Notes under the pieces: model-generated | Told to the model about the DNA's origin: nothing | What the model saw: only the letters and a program-made list of their open reading frames with translations | The model's database searches: none | Virus record (IMG/VR): IMGVR_UViG_3300025000_000055 | Direction: 5' to 3' (one strand) | Length of the DNA: 64,000 bases | From: a virus | Taxonomy: Duplodnaviria; Caudoviricetes | Shown: piece by piece, positions 32,601 to 43,763 of the stretch | Layout: each line of letters begins with the position of its first letter | How positions within the stretch are numbered: the first letter of the stretch is position 1 | Program-made: the position numbers and the translations under genes

Positions 32601-33551
32601 TAATATATTCTTAGTTGTTTCATCTATTAATCTATCAAAGAAGATTAAAGTATTTAATCCTTTCTCATAGTAGTTATAAGCCATAGTAGCACTTAAACTT
32701 CCAATACGACCAATCCAATATTCAATATCATTTAAAAATTCAAAACTTAATCTATTATTAGAAACATTCATAATCATGAAAACTATACTCTGCACATATA
32801 GATATTTGTTAAAGAAGAATCTATTTACTTTTATTAACATTTTCTTATTAATACGAAAATATATATATTTGTCTAAATCTGTTTCATTTTCTGTAAATTC
32901 TATAATAGAATCAACTGAAAAATATTTAAGTGTTTTTTCAACACCCATTTTAGCAAAATAAAATAAAAGTACATCGACTTCTTTTCTAAACACAAATACC
33001 CCATAAGTATTAGCAATATAAGTTTCTCCCTGAGTATCTGGATATTCCTTTTTGTTTCTTTTTAACGACAATGGCATTAATGATTTTAAAATTAAATTTT
33101 GTTTGGTTGTATAAGTTGAACTATCAACAAGTTGATATATTAAGAAGTATTTTTTACCTTTAATAGTGTAATATCCATTTTCATCTGGAATTGGTACTAA
33201 TAATTTCTTAGTATATAATTTGCTTTTATTTTTACAATTTAGATTAAATTTTAATTTTAGTTCACCATAGCGACTATCTTGTAAATACATATATTTTTCT
33301 GTAACTTTTTTATTATCAGCATCCTTAGTCTGTTTAACTTTTTGTCTTGTTGATATATAGTCATTAATATCAATTTTAGATTCATCATCAATGAATTCAT
33401 ATCCAAGAAACTTAATATTTTTAAGAATTTCTAATGACTTACAACTATTGACGATATAATTAATCAAATTATCATCATGAGTATGATTAATTATATCATA
33501 GTTGATTCTTTCTTCATTAGGATTCCTATAATGTTTTATAAACTTTTTCAT
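29696..33551 (-). CDS. rpoB: Multisubunit RNA polymerase beta-like subunit, N-terminal part (probably non-virion RNAP), spliced (exons 33551-32319, 31145-30987, 29998-29696)
   Basis: Splicing gives LLRFD|DKINDMDFFSKLRYTIKGPNSLGG...RDIHPSYIGKLDINVCGNS|DPGTSGIITPF, matching the RpoB region RDVHxSHYGRxCPxETPEG. About 564 aa. Confidence 0.85.
29999..30986 (-). mobile_element. Group I intron F (988 nt) with an HNH ORF; terminal nucleotide is A
   Basis: P1 CTCT|...GGAG, P10 TGGATT pairing with GATCCA, family core, tail GTGAACATAACA. Confidence 0.88.
30206..30790 (-). CDS. Intron-encoded NUMOD4-HNH homing endonuclease
   Basis: YEISNYGKVRN, IHRLV and INHKDTNKTNN...NLEWSTPKEN motifs. Located between the Q and R elements (P6 loop). 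Confidence 0.88.
   Translation of the reverse strand: MIIFIKPHEEEWKDIIEYNVKNIYEISNYGKVRNKLTGRFLSPFTDKDGYLRCTLKGYKKQRKFYIHRLVGYYFLPLKVFFNEKYIHINHKDTNKTNNFYKNLEWSTPKENIDHSWREGLQKPVKGERHGCNKYSETLIRGICILLEKGYSEYEIRKEMNMIVKDKKQNESYRGLVKHLRKRTSWVHISKDYTY
31146..32318 (-). mobile_element. Group I intron E (1173 nt) with an HNH ORF
   Basis: P1 GAT|...GTC, P/Q elements, R variant GTTCAAAGACTA, S element, tail GTGAACACAACG. Confidence 0.88.
31310..32095 (-). CDS. Intron-encoded HNH endonuclease (motif partly degenerate)
   Basis: YSINSDG, IHRLLA and IHHKD...LEKCTQKEN motifs. The 3' end overlaps the intron R element. Confidence 0.82.
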   Translation of the reverse strand: MKKEDWVKIDLPQVKKNYSINSDGFIRNDKFNRILKNSKNTKEYEYIQLSCIDGKFRNFLIHRLLAYYFMSDFNISDKSMIIHHKDSINKFNKLDLLEKCTQKENIAYSYKEGNKPIGEKHPLSKFSDKLSKQIVSLLQENKSTDIIIYELNLENKKNIRTFINDLRAKRTRIYLTENIDLNKCKQKRYDEELIRNIIKFMKQGLKHKKIIDKLGLNNLSKREIRNLYTLMSNIKSGRSWKKLYKGESSKTIEKYVIEINI

Positions 33552-33594
33552 ATAATACCACCTTTCTAGAAAAATATAATACTTTAAACATTAT

Positions 33595-33634
33595 ATATCC
33601 AATAGGAAACCAATTAAGGTTTCCTATTGGATAT
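33595..33634 (-). terminator. Intrinsic terminator
   Basis: Stem ATATCCAATAGGAAACC/GGTTTCCTATTGGATAT. Confidence 0.65.
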
Positions 33635-33644
33635 TATATATTTT

Positions 33645-34004
33645 CTATTCTTCTTCGTCTTCTGTTACTCCATCATCCTTGACCATAAGCTTAAATTCTT
33701 GACCAGGGATTAAAAACGGTGTAAAATTACCTACTTTCTCACCTTCATCGTTTTCCCTGTATGAAATACCCATGTCAAAAAGCTGCATCAAGTTGATAGA
33801 AATATCTTCACCAGCAGTTTTCTTTTCGTTTAAATAAGCAATTGCTTGCTGTAAGAAACGATAAGAAATTGTTGCAATTGCCGGTGCATGTGTAACATTA
33901 ATATTGTGCTCACTGATAAGAGCTTTATTTGCTCTGTCACAAATCTTAGCAATTTCCTTCTGATTCTCTCTGATTTCCAAAAATACTGCGTCTTCTTTAG
34001 CCAT
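33645..34004 (-). CDS. Small acidic protein, possibly HU/IHF-like
   Basis: C-terminal PFLIPGQEFKLMVK resembles the HU arm motif PxFxPGxxFK. GGAGG RBS and late motif at 34035-34046. Confidence 0.45.
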   Translation of the reverse strand: MAKEDAVFLEIRENQKEIAKICDRANKALISEHNINVTHAPAIATISYRFLQQAIAYLNEKKTAGEDISINLMQLFDMGISYRENDEGEKVGNFTPFLIPGQEFKLMVKDDGVTEDEEE

Positions 34005-34062
34005 AATAATTTAACCTCCCTTATTTTTTAATACTAATATTTTGTTATTAGCATATTAGTTT

Positions 34063-36216
34063 TTAATTATTTTTTTCATACTTAAATATCTTATAGGCAT
34101 TTTCTAATGTAACTATACGTATGTTATCTTTTTTAGCTTTTTCAACTTTAGATGATTGAACATCTAATTCTCTTACAATTAATAAAGAAATATCTTTATT
34201 GTAATCAGAAACTAATATTCCTTTACTATCAAGGAACTTTTCAAATTCCCTATCACGAACTTTTGTAAAACATACCTTACCGATATATTTACGTAAATCT
34301 TCTTGTATATCTAGCTCGGAACATAAGAAATTTATAAGTTCAATATTACTATTTACTCCTTTAATTATCTTTTCAGCTGTTTTATTTTTTATTCCCCCTA
34401 TCATAGTTAATTTTTTTACATCATTATCTAAACAAATGTCTTTTAATTCATTTAAATAATATATATTTAAAATCTTTTTAAATATTTTTCTCCCTATATC
34501 TGGTATTCCTAAAGAACCTAATACCTCATAATTATAAACTTTCTTACGACTTTTAATACTTTCAATTATTTTATCAACTATTTTTTTACCAAAACCTTTA
34601 AATAATAAAATATCCTTTATTCGATCTTTAATAAAATATAAGTCTTTAATACTTTTTAAAACATTGAGTTTATATAGTACTGTAATAATACCAACAGAAA
34701 TATTAGGTATAGACATTTTTTCAACATAATTAATTATTTTACCTATTTGTCTAGAATCACAATTTTCATTAATACATTTTAATATGGGGTCTTTAACTAA
34801 TAATTCTTTACAATATTCACAAGTAGTTGGTGTTTTAAATATCTTACCTTTTTCATTTCTTTTACAAGTTTCATTTATAATCAAATAAGGTATTATATCA
34901 TATTTGATTATAACTTCATCACCTTGTCTCAATCCAATTTCTTCAAATCTATCTATAGAACCTAAAGAAATATTAGTTATAGTGTTTCCATTTATTTTAA
35001 CAGGTTCAATTATTACTACAGGAGTTATTGAACCTAAAATCCCAGTTGACATTATAACATCTTTAACTATAGTTCTTTTTTGTTCAGGTGGTAATTTATA
35101 CGCAACTTCAAATTTATTAATACTATTCTCTCTCCCAAGTTGTTTAATGGTATTTTCATTTGCAAGTGTTATAACAACTCCGTCAATCGGGATACCATCT
35201 TTTCTAACTGAACGAACCATAGTTTCAATAACTCGTTCAATATAATCGAAGTCGGTAATATCTTCAATTAAACTAAATCCTATTTTACTATTTAAAATTG
35301 ATGTAGCAAATTCATCATTTACTTTCTGATATTGAAGTGGTACTATTGTTAGATATTTTAAAAGATTTTTATTTATATCTTTACTTGTATTAAGAATTGA
35401 AGAAACAGCACTTCTTGAATTTTTTAGTATTCTTTCATTTTTACAAAATTTTTCAAAATCAAAATCTTTCATAATAATTTCTGTTTTTACACCATAATCC
35501 TCATTAAATATCATAAATTCGTATTTATTATCATCACACATCATAACCTCTTTATAATATGTAATATCTACAAGACCGAAATTAAATTCGATTCCACTAA
35601 ATAAATCAGTTATATCTATTGCCTCATTATTATCAACGTCACCTCTGGTTAAAACTTTATCAGCTATTTTTAAATTAGATTTAAATTCAAAAATACCAGA
35701 TATACCATCATATTTTGGTGTCATTCTAGCAACTTTCTCAACATTATTTAACTTTCGCCCCAATTTATTTTCAACACTTTTTATCCATTCTTCTAATGAT
35801 TTTCTATTATCTTTCCCTTTATCCTCTTTTCTAAGAAAATGAACTTTATCTAAAGTTCCTCTTAAAGCTGGATATCTATGATATCCTATTTTTCTATCTT
35901 TAACTTTATTAATTGGAGCACCAACAATATCTTTCATCTGTAAATCTTTATTTAATTCATATAGTCTATCATAGTCTTCATCTGTAACAGGAGAAATAAC
36001 TTCACTATTATTATAAATATCTTGTAAAATTCTTATTATTAATTCAATTATAACTAAATCATCTGAATCATAATTTTCAGTTCCACTTAATAAAATATTA
36101 ATAATTCTATTAATACCAATTACATTTAATTTTTCTACAACTACTTCATAGTCATCAGTTAATCTTTCAACAAAAATAACTGATAAAGAATCAATAATAT
36201 TTTTTTTATCCATCAA
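34063..36216 (-). CDS. ligA: NAD-dependent DNA ligase
   Basis: KYDG adenylation motif, LTRGD, DGVVI, AYK, OB fold, Cys Zn finger, HhH repeats and a BRCT-like C-terminus. Confidence 0.93.
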   Translation of the reverse strand: MMDKKNIIDSLSVIFVERLTDDYEVVVEKLNVIGINRIINILLSGTENYDSDDLVIIELIIRILQDIYNNSEVISPVTDEDYDRLYELNKDLQMKDIVGAPINKVKDRKIGYHRYPALRGTLDKVHFLRKEDKGKDNRKSLEEWIKSVENKLGRKLNNVEKVARMTPKYDGISGIFEFKSNLKIADKVLTRGDVDNNEAIDITDLFSGIEFNFGLVDITYYKEVMMCDDNKYEFMIFNEDYGVKTEIIMKDFDFEKFCKNERILKNSRSAVSSILNTSKDINKNLLKYLTIVPLQYQKVNDEFATSILNSKIGFSLIEDITDFDYIERVIETMVRSVRKDGIPIDGVVITLANENTIKQLGRENSINKFEVAYKLPPEQKRTIVKDVIMSTGILGSITPVVIIEPVKINGNTITNISLGSIDRFEEIGLRQGDEVIIKYDIIPYLIINETCKRNEKGKIFKTPTTCEYCKELLVKDPILKCINENCDSRQIGKIINYVEKMSIPNISVGIITVLYKLNVLKSIKDLYFIKDRIKDILLFKGFGKKIVDKIIESIKSRKKVYNYEVLGSLGIPDIGRKIFKKILNIYYLNELKDICLDNDVKKLTMIGGIKNKTAEKIIKGVNSNIELINFLCSELDIQEDLRKYIGKVCFTKVRDREFEKFLDSKGILVSDYNKDISLLIVRELDVQSSKVEKAKKDNIRIVTLENAYKIFKYEKNN

Positions 36217-36312
36217 TTTAATACATCCTCCTAATATTTTTTATAATATACATAAGTATATAATATATAAATAAAAAATAAAGATTATTATCAATCTCTA
36301 TTTTTTATGTTT

Positions 36313-37356
36313 TTAATATCCTCGATACCCATCTTCAATTTTTTCTATAAATTTAATCTCATATTTATTAAGTTTAAAGGTTTTTATACCCATCCATGAA
36401 GAATATGTTGGTTGAATTTCTTTTTTATATTCCATCGCAGGAAATCTAAAACCTGTTTTAGTTATACAAGTTAATAACTTACTATTTCTTTTTATAGATT
36501 CTTCTTTAATATTAGGATATCCACCTTCAAATAGAGAAAACCCATCAACTACAATATAATTTCTATATTGTAGTTGTTTTGTAGTATAATAAACTCTCAT
36601 TAATAAACCTGGAACTAATTTAGATTTAGGGGAAGATTTATATCTATCATAATAAAACTCTCTGGTTTTTCTATGAAGAATAAGTTTCTTTCCATTATCC
36701 ATAAAAGAAACAAACTCTCCATTTTCAAGTACAAATAATCTAATTTCATATTTTCTAGATGGATTTATAGTAAACTTTGGAGTTGAACCTGAAATAATAT
36801 GTGTGTTTATAATCTTTCTATTAATAAAATCTAAAACAAAATCATATCTACCATATTTTTTATTACAATTAAAATCAAATTTTGCAATGTTAGTTAAAGT
36901 AACTTTACATGTTTTATTAGCATAAAACATAAAACGATCTGCTGAATTACTGACAGAATCAATTCTATGAATAAAAACTTGTGGATGTTTATTTAAATCA
37001 CTAGTTCTAGTTATTAATGTTTCATAATATTTAAAAATTATTATATGATAACCTGGTTTAATCATAACTTTAGCTTGTTCGAATTGATTAAAAGATTTTG
37101 TATTAACATCTTTATATTCAATATCAGAATATCCATCACGAGTTATACCAATTGGCCTATTAAACTTTTCGTCTGTTATTACCATAACATATTCATTTGG
37201 TATCACAAATTCAGATAAAAAACAATTCTTTAAATTTTTATTCTCAAAATAAATATTATACTTTTTACCAACTTCTGTTGTATCAAGTTCATATGACTTA
37301 AAATCTGTAGGTTCAAACGCATCGACTTCATTCCTAACTACAATCATAAAAAACAA
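36313..37356 (-). CDS. Hypothetical early protein
   Basis: 347-aa ORF with GAGGAG RBS and early motif at 37421. Confidence 0.65.
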   Translation of the reverse strand: MFFMIVVRNEVDAFEPTDFKSYELDTTEVGKKYNIYFENKNLKNCFLSEFVIPNEYVMVITDEKFNRPIGITRDGYSDIEYKDVNTKSFNQFEQAKVMIKPGYHIIIFKYYETLITRTSDLNKHPQVFIHRIDSVSNSADRFMFYANKTCKVTLTNIAKFDFNCNKKYGRYDFVLDFINRKIINTHIISGSTPKFTINPSRKYEIRLFVLENGEFVSFMDNGKKLILHRKTREFYYDRYKSSPKSKLVPGLLMRVYYTTKQLQYRNYIVVDGFSLFEGGYPNIKEESIKRNSKLLTCITKTGFRFPAMEYKKEIQPTYSSWMGIKTFKLNKYEIKFIEKIEDGYRGY

Positions 37357-37473
37357 CTCCTCTAAATTATAAATATTCTTATATAATATAAACTTTTCAA
37401 AAATGTTTATTTGTTAATACAATAATATATAAATGAAAAAAAATGAGGAATAAATATTTCCTCATTAAATTTA

Positions 37474-38664
37474 TTAAAATCTTGCACCTTTATATAATTT
37501 TCTTAAATATTCATCTGAAACAAATACATCACCATTGTCTTTTATTTTCTTATCACCATTTTCCTTTTTATCTATTATATCTTGTTGTTTAGGAGGATTG
37601 GAAACAACTATCAATTTCTTATTTTCAACTTCTTTCTTTTTAAACTTTTCATACTCAACTATAAATATAGCTGGTAAACCTGAAATACAGGTATCATTGA
37701 ACTTAGTTCTAACTGTAGCGTACCAGGCCAATGCATCACCATGTAGAGTTTGGATACTACTATTAAATAAATTATCATTTACTTTAAAGAAATTTAATAG
37801 TTGTAATCGGTCAGATTCTTTTGAATTACTTAGAAAATCATTTATGGATTTTTTAAGTAATTTTACACTACCAACATTACAAACAATTAGTGAATTATTT
37901 TGTTTCTTAGAAGAAATAACATCTTCAAGAATAACCCTTTTCATAATCATTATAATTGGTTCTTCCGATAACCCATCAAGCAATTTTCTTATATCTTCAT
38001 CTTCTTTCATAATATCATCACTAAATGAACTAAGCTTATTATTAACTGTTTTAATAACTTCATCATCATTCAATAAGGATAACGTTTTTATTAAATCAGT
38101 GTATTTAGCACCAAGCTCAATCTTGAGCTCTACTCCTATATTTCTAATACAAAAAGTTATCAGCTGGTCTTTTACTAAATCTAACGAGCAATTATTTAAA
38201 AGCTCATTTTCAATAAGACCAATTTGAATTTCCGGATTAATATTAACTTTTCTATCTTCTGTATTATCTGGGGCTGGAGAAGTTGTTGATCTTTCTTCTA
38301 GCACTTCCTTTAATACTTTTTTACTGTTTTTTGATAACAAAAATTCATTAGATATATCATTAATGAATTTATCTGTATCGATAACTAAACCATTAGCATG
38401 TTCGTTAACAAGTTCACTCATATTTTTGAATTCATCAATAACATTGTTGTCAGTGCTGCTTTCTTCATCTAGAAAATTTTCTTTAAGAAATTCTACGACA
38501 TTATCTTTTTCCCATATTCCTCCAGGAACATGAATATCAATAAGATAAGATTCATGTTCTTCAATATATTTTTTGAATTCTTCCCTGGTATTAACATTTG
38601 TCGGGAGATTGTCAAAAAGTTCTTTTAAAATCTCCATTTTTTTCTTACCTAAATCCCCAGCCAT
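37474..38664 (-). CDS. Hypothetical early protein
   Basis: 396-aa ORF with GGGGG RBS and early motif at 38751. Confidence 0.7.
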   Translation of the reverse strand: MAGDLGKKKMEILKELFDNLPTNVNTREEFKKYIEEHESYLIDIHVPGGIWEKDNVVEFLKENFLDEESSTDNNVIDEFKNMSELVNEHANGLVIDTDKFINDISNEFLLSKNSKKVLKEVLEERSTTSPAPDNTEDRKVNINPEIQIGLIENELLNNCSLDLVKDQLITFCIRNIGVELKIELGAKYTDLIKTLSLLNDDEVIKTVNNKLSSFSDDIMKEDEDIRKLLDGLSEEPIIMIMKRVILEDVISSKKQNNSLIVCNVGSVKLLKKSINDFLSNSKESDRLQLLNFFKVNDNLFNSSIQTLHGDALAWYATVRTKFNDTCISGLPAIFIVEYEKFKKKEVENKKLIVVSNPPKQQDIIDKKENGDKKIKDNGDVFVSDEYLRKLYKGARF

Positions 38665-38750
38665 CGTACTACCCCCTAAATTTCATATTTTTTTTTACAT
38701 AATAATTACAAGGAACATAGATAAAATTAAATCTTTTATTTATCTATTAT

Positions 38751-38766
38751 AATAATATATATTTAT
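38751..38766 (-). promoter_or_regulatory. Early promoter motif ATAAATATATATTATT (representative copy)
   Basis: Exact copies at 21461, 26908, 38751, 46911 and 58214. Near copies at 16576, 23566, 27655, 27962, 29641, 37421, 41765, 57296 and 59063. All lie upstream of minus-strand genes. Confidence 0.65.
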
Positions 38767-38788
38767 AATGCTAAAAATACTAAAAATG

Positions 38789-38820
38789 AATATACCGACA
38801 TATTAATATGTCGGTATATT
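38789..38820. terminator. Perfect 32-bp palindrome, terminator after the RNAP gene
   Basis: AATATACCGACATATT|AATATGTCGGTATATT with flanking T/A tracts. Confidence 0.65.
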
Positions 38821-38828
38821 TTTATTAA

Positions 38829-41715
38829 TCATACTTTAATATCAATAACGAACATTTCTTCTTTAATTCTTCGTCTCTCAACTTCTTCATCTAAAAGTTT
38901 TTCGAAATCTTTTGTAGTACCAACAAATACTTTATTTTCCTTATATTCATTAATAATGTCTATTCGTCTTTTAATATCTTTAAATTCTTCATTATTACTT
39001 ATAAAGAATTTTCCATCATAAAATTTACCTTCAAGAAACCCAGTATTAATATCTATATCAAATAATTCATTATTAAATTCAATTTTTAAACCCATAGATT
39101 TCAAAAAGGCTCCTAATATTTCAATATTTCTATTTTTAAAATTTGGTTTATATTTAAAATCTTTTATAGGGTTTAATCTTGTCATTAAATTTTCACCTAA
39201 ATTACGTCTACCTATAACAGATGACCTATAAAATAAATGTAGTTGAGCTATTAGTTCAGTTGGAACACCTATATTAGTATTAAGATTTTCATCAATACCA
39301 ATTCTTATAGGAGTCTTAGAATATAATTCCTGATGAGTTTTAGCCTTATTAGATTTTTCAGGTAAACCTTTTCTAGATAAAGTTCCAGTTGATCTAGCTG
39401 AAAAACCTTTCTTAGCTGTTTGCATTAATTTCATTACATACATATCACCAACTACTAACTTTTTCATCATTTTAATTTTCCTACCAAATCTATTTGTATA
39501 AACATCATATTGTTCAATCCAATCATGTTCTTCATATAATTGAATAAGTTTATCAAATAAAAATTCTTCTTCCCATAAAGGAGGTATATGAATAAATACA
39601 CCTTCTTCAACTAAATTATTAAAAAATTCTTCTTTACTAATAACACTTAATCTCTTTAAATATTGTCTTAATTTTTCTTCTTGGTCTTTATTAAAATAAC
39701 TTATTATATTAAGAAATAAATCTTCCTTTTCTTTTATGTCAGTCATTGTTTGAATACGTTCTACAGTTCTATTACAAATAAAAGTAATTGATTGTTCAAA
39801 AAGCTGGTATGAGTTTACAATTGTTTTAGACCATATCTTCATCTCAAATGAGATGCCTCCCGTTTCGGGTTTCCCCTACTCTACTTACTTCTTCAGTTAT
39901 AAGTAAATTATAACCTATGCTTTCGATGGTCGTTGAGCATATTTCAAATATTAATATTTGAAACTTCGCTGCGGATTATTCAATCTTAAACCTTTTTACC
40001 ATACCTGAGTAATTACTTCAGCCCTTATCTATATGTCACCATGATAAGTTGGTAGATTAAGATTAGCGAACTTTCCCGCAATTAGAGAGGTTTTAAATCG
40101 CCTAAACCTTACCAGTCCAGCGATTGATCACAGATAAACTGTTAAACAGAAGGTCTACACGTTCTCCAGTTTCTAAAAATGGCATCTCATCATCAGGTAA
40201 TATCTTTGATATAACACCTTTGTTACCATATCTCGTTGTATTCACATAGAACGTTAATCTATGCAGTTCTCTCATGAACTTCCCTAGTTTTCACTAAGAT
40301 ACTAGACTATATCATTAACCTAAATAAATTAGGTTACTTCCTATTTCGATTTAAGGGATTCTCACCCACCTACTTAGGCCCTACTCCTATTGTACATTGC
40401 AGTACCTAAGGGATAGTCGTTGAACTTTATTCCTTATATAAGGAATCTTAGCTGCGGATTACTCAATCTTTTAATAATATAAATATTATTAAAAGCTCTA
40501 AGAGCCTCCCCGACAATTAAAGAAGTTTTCTATATATGTCACCACATATAGGGGCTAAGCTATGTAACCCGTTACTTTCTGACCCACTTCTAAATAGGCA
40601 TCTTTTTCAACTAAAAATTCTATTACTATATTGGAAAATACTGAGTTATTTTCTTCTCTCCATTTATATTTTTCGTCTAATATATTTTTTGCTTTTCTCA
40701 TATAAAAACTTATTTCTCTAGAATATTTAGAACCAGAATCAATTATCTGTTTACATCTTTTAAATATTCTTTCATAATAAACTAATTGCATTTTATAATA
40801 TTTCATTATCTGTCTATTAAAATCATTCTCTTCCAATTCATCTAAAGTTTTATTACAATATATATCTATATCAATAATTTTACCTTTACCTTCAATAAAG
40901 AATAATACATCAGAAGTAAAATCAATCTTTCTAAGATTAGATTTCTTTAAATCATATAATAATTGATTATTATGAATTCTCCTCTTAGCACAAATTATTT
41001 TATCCTTAACATATTCGTTTATATCAGGAAATGTCTTATAATTATTACCATTCCCATATATATTACAAAAGATATCATTATCATTTAATGAAACTTTAAC
41101 TCTCTCAACTTCTGTTGAAACCATTCTTCTTGATAATGATTCTGAACATACAATAGCATCTTCAATAGTATTATTCTCTAAAAGATACATAAACTTAACA
41201 TTAGCACCATAACAATAATTCATATCTTCATCATAAGAAGAACTCTTATAAAGAACTTCTCCTTTATATATTGAAGTCCCAACTTCTTTATTATCAATAT
41301 TATCAGTATTATATTTGAAACCATATCTTTCTGTTAAATCTTCAACGTTTTTCTTTTCTATAATATCATATTGGTCATTTTCTTTATCATATATGAATAA
41401 TAAATATATTTGTTCTTCATTTTCACCATCTGTAAACTTACTAATTTTATCAATAATAACACAATCATTTTTAACTTTTTTATAACCAGTTGAATTCTTA
41501 CCAACTATATTTTCATAATTAGTAAAAATTCTTGGAAATTCGGGATTATTTAGAGTAACACATTGCTTCAAGTGAGCTGTAAACATAATATTTCTTGATG
41601 AACTAATATAACCTGGATTTGTTAAAAGAGTCATCCCAAATATATCATCTTTACCTTTAAACTCCTTTTCTTTTTCTTGTAATATTTCTTTCAATGACAT
41701 TGTAGTTTTATACAA
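38829..41715 (-). CDS. rpoB: Multisubunit RNA polymerase beta-like subunit, C-terminal part (probably non-virion RNAP), spliced (exons 41715-40567, 40233-40119, 39817-38829)
   Basis: Splicing restores GQKVTG|[11 protein letters not shown]...MPF...SVINR(T|TA=L)NSYQLFE, equivalent to the RpoB GDKxxGRHGNKG and SRMN motifs. EDAIV and [17 protein letters not shown] are also present. About 750 aa. Confidence 0.9.
39818..40118 (-). mobile_element. Group I intron H (301 nt, divergent, lacks P9)
   Basis: P AATTGCGGGAA, Q AATCCGCAGC, P7 GACCA/TGGTC. 7-bp P1 AATCGCT|...GGCGATT and 6-bp P10 GGTTTA/TAAACT. Confidence 0.88.
40234..40566 (-). mobile_element. Group I intron G (333 nt, no ORF)
   Basis: Family core, P1 GGGT|...GCCC, tail GTGAATACAACG. 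Excision restores TG|RYGNKG. Confidence 0.92.
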
Positions 41716-41806
41716 ATCTGTGTACCCCCTTATTTAGAAATTATTATTGAGAATGTATATTCATATAATATATAAATACACATTCTCTAGTTTTTATTAT
41801 AAAAAA

Positions 41807-43763
41807 TTATATAGCTTTTTGAAATTGTTTTTCTTGTGATTTTTCTAACCTATCACATAATTCAAAAATATTTAATAATTGACCATTTTCTTCTGGTTCA
41901 ACATGCGATAGTTGTTTTTCTAATATAGGTAATGACCTATTAAATAATTCGTATCTTAATTTTTCATTAGTAAGAAATTCTTTTCTAAATTTTCTACTAT
42001 CAAATTTAATATCTTTTACACCTTCAATATATTTATAAGGATTACGACCAGCAATTAATTCATTATCTTCAGCAAATCTTAGTTGAGTTAAAATAGGGTC
42101 AAAACCAGTGGATTGGTCATAAATAAGATTTACAAATTGACCAGCTTTATTTGTTCTAGATTTTAGAAACTCAGCTCTTACACCAAATCCATCAAAACCA
42201 TTTTCTTCTTTCTTAAATTTTTCTGAACCTAAAGCTATAAAATTAACTAATAAATTAGCATAATAGATCGATTTATTCACATTGGTTGTCAGTCAATGCA
42301 GTTCTCTTATGAACTTCCCTAATTTTCATTAGGATACTAGACTATATCTTCATCCTTAATAAATTTTATTAAGGAGTTACCCATTTCGTAAAGAACTCTG
42401 AAAAGTTCACCTCACCATTATTGACTTGTGAGTCTACTCCTACTTTACTTTTATTAAAAGTAACGTCATCAGATAGTCGTTGAACTTTATTCCTTATTAA
42501 TTAATTAAGGAATCTTAGCTGCGGATTACTCAATCTTTTTATTATATAATAAAAAGCTCTAAGAGCTTCCCCGACAATTAAAGTAATGCTAACATAATAT
42601 TACTATTATGCCACCCTAAATTTAGGTGCATTCCCACCCGTTAAGTTCACATAGTTCGTCAAACTATGCAGTTCTCTTATGAACTTCCCTAAGCTTTCCT
42701 TAGGATACCAGACTATATCATTAACCTAATAAGAATTATTAGGTTACTTCCTATTTCGATTTAAGGGAATTTCACCCACCTACTTAGGCCCTACTCCTAT
42801 TGATCATTTCAGATCCAATGGGATAGTCGTTGAACTTTATTCCTTATTAATTAATAATAAGGAATCTTAGCTGCGGATTACTCAATCTCTTAATAATATT
42901 AATGTATTAAAAGCTCTAAGAGCTTCCCCGACAATTAAAGAAGTTATTCAACATACATTACTGTATGAGGCCCCACAAATCTCGAGTTTAGGGATACTCT
43001 GATCCATCTTCATATATAATAATTGTGGTTGCGTTTTATGCATAGGGTTAATTTCAATTTTTTGATTAATATGATTTATAGCAATAACATTTATGTTATA
43101 GGCTTTTATAATTGGCATTAGTCTCTTATAAAATTGGGCCAAAGCTTTAGCAACTCTGTTAGCATAAGTCCCACCTTCCATTTCATTAGAAGCATCTTTT
43201 GAAGCAACAGTTGGAATTGAATCTATAATCATAACTGTTGGAACAAAGGTTTTAATGGGTCTATTAAATTCATCAACTAATCCTGTATCATAAGTATAAT
43301 CTTTTCTATTAACTTCTTTCTCTTGAGCTATTTCAACTATACTATTAAATATATCTTCAATATAATTTTTTTCTTGTTTCAATAAATATTTATCATCAAG
43401 TTCTTGCTGAGTCATAGATGTTACATTTTTTATTCTGGTATAAGATAATACTTGTTCTAAGTCGTAATGTTGAACAAATGCATTATCAACAAATTTTCTA
43501 ACAATATTGGCTGCAATTTGAATAGCAAAAGTAGTTTTAGCAGTACCAGCCTTACCTATAATTGTCATAAACGTACCACCAACTATACCAATAGAAGAAT
43601 AAGTAGTTATAAGTTTCTCATCTAAATCTCTAACTTCCACCATATACCCATTTCTATAATCAAATGGTACAAAACCTGTTGGATAACAAATGGATGTTTG
43701 TGTTGGACTAAATAAACCCTTTTTATCTTTTTCTCTTAATCTTGAGAGCATTTTATTAGCCAT
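41807..43763 (-). CDS. recA: RecA/UvsX-like recombinase, spliced (exons 43763-42990, 42638-42624, 42268-41807)
   Basis: Walker A GKAGTAKT, Walker B MIIDSI and INHI motifs. Splicing gives DQSIP|GGNAP|IYYAN, equivalent to RecA L2 TTPGGNALKFYA. About 416 aa. Confidence 0.9.
42269..42623 (-). mobile_element. Group I intron J (355 nt, no ORF)
   Basis: P1 CACCT|...GGGTG, P/Q/R/S elements, tail GTGAATAAATCG. Confidence 0.9.
42639..42989 (-). mobile_element. Group I intron I (351 nt, no ORF)
   Basis: P1 CCCT|...GGGG, family core, tail GTGAACTTAACG. Confidence 0.92.
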
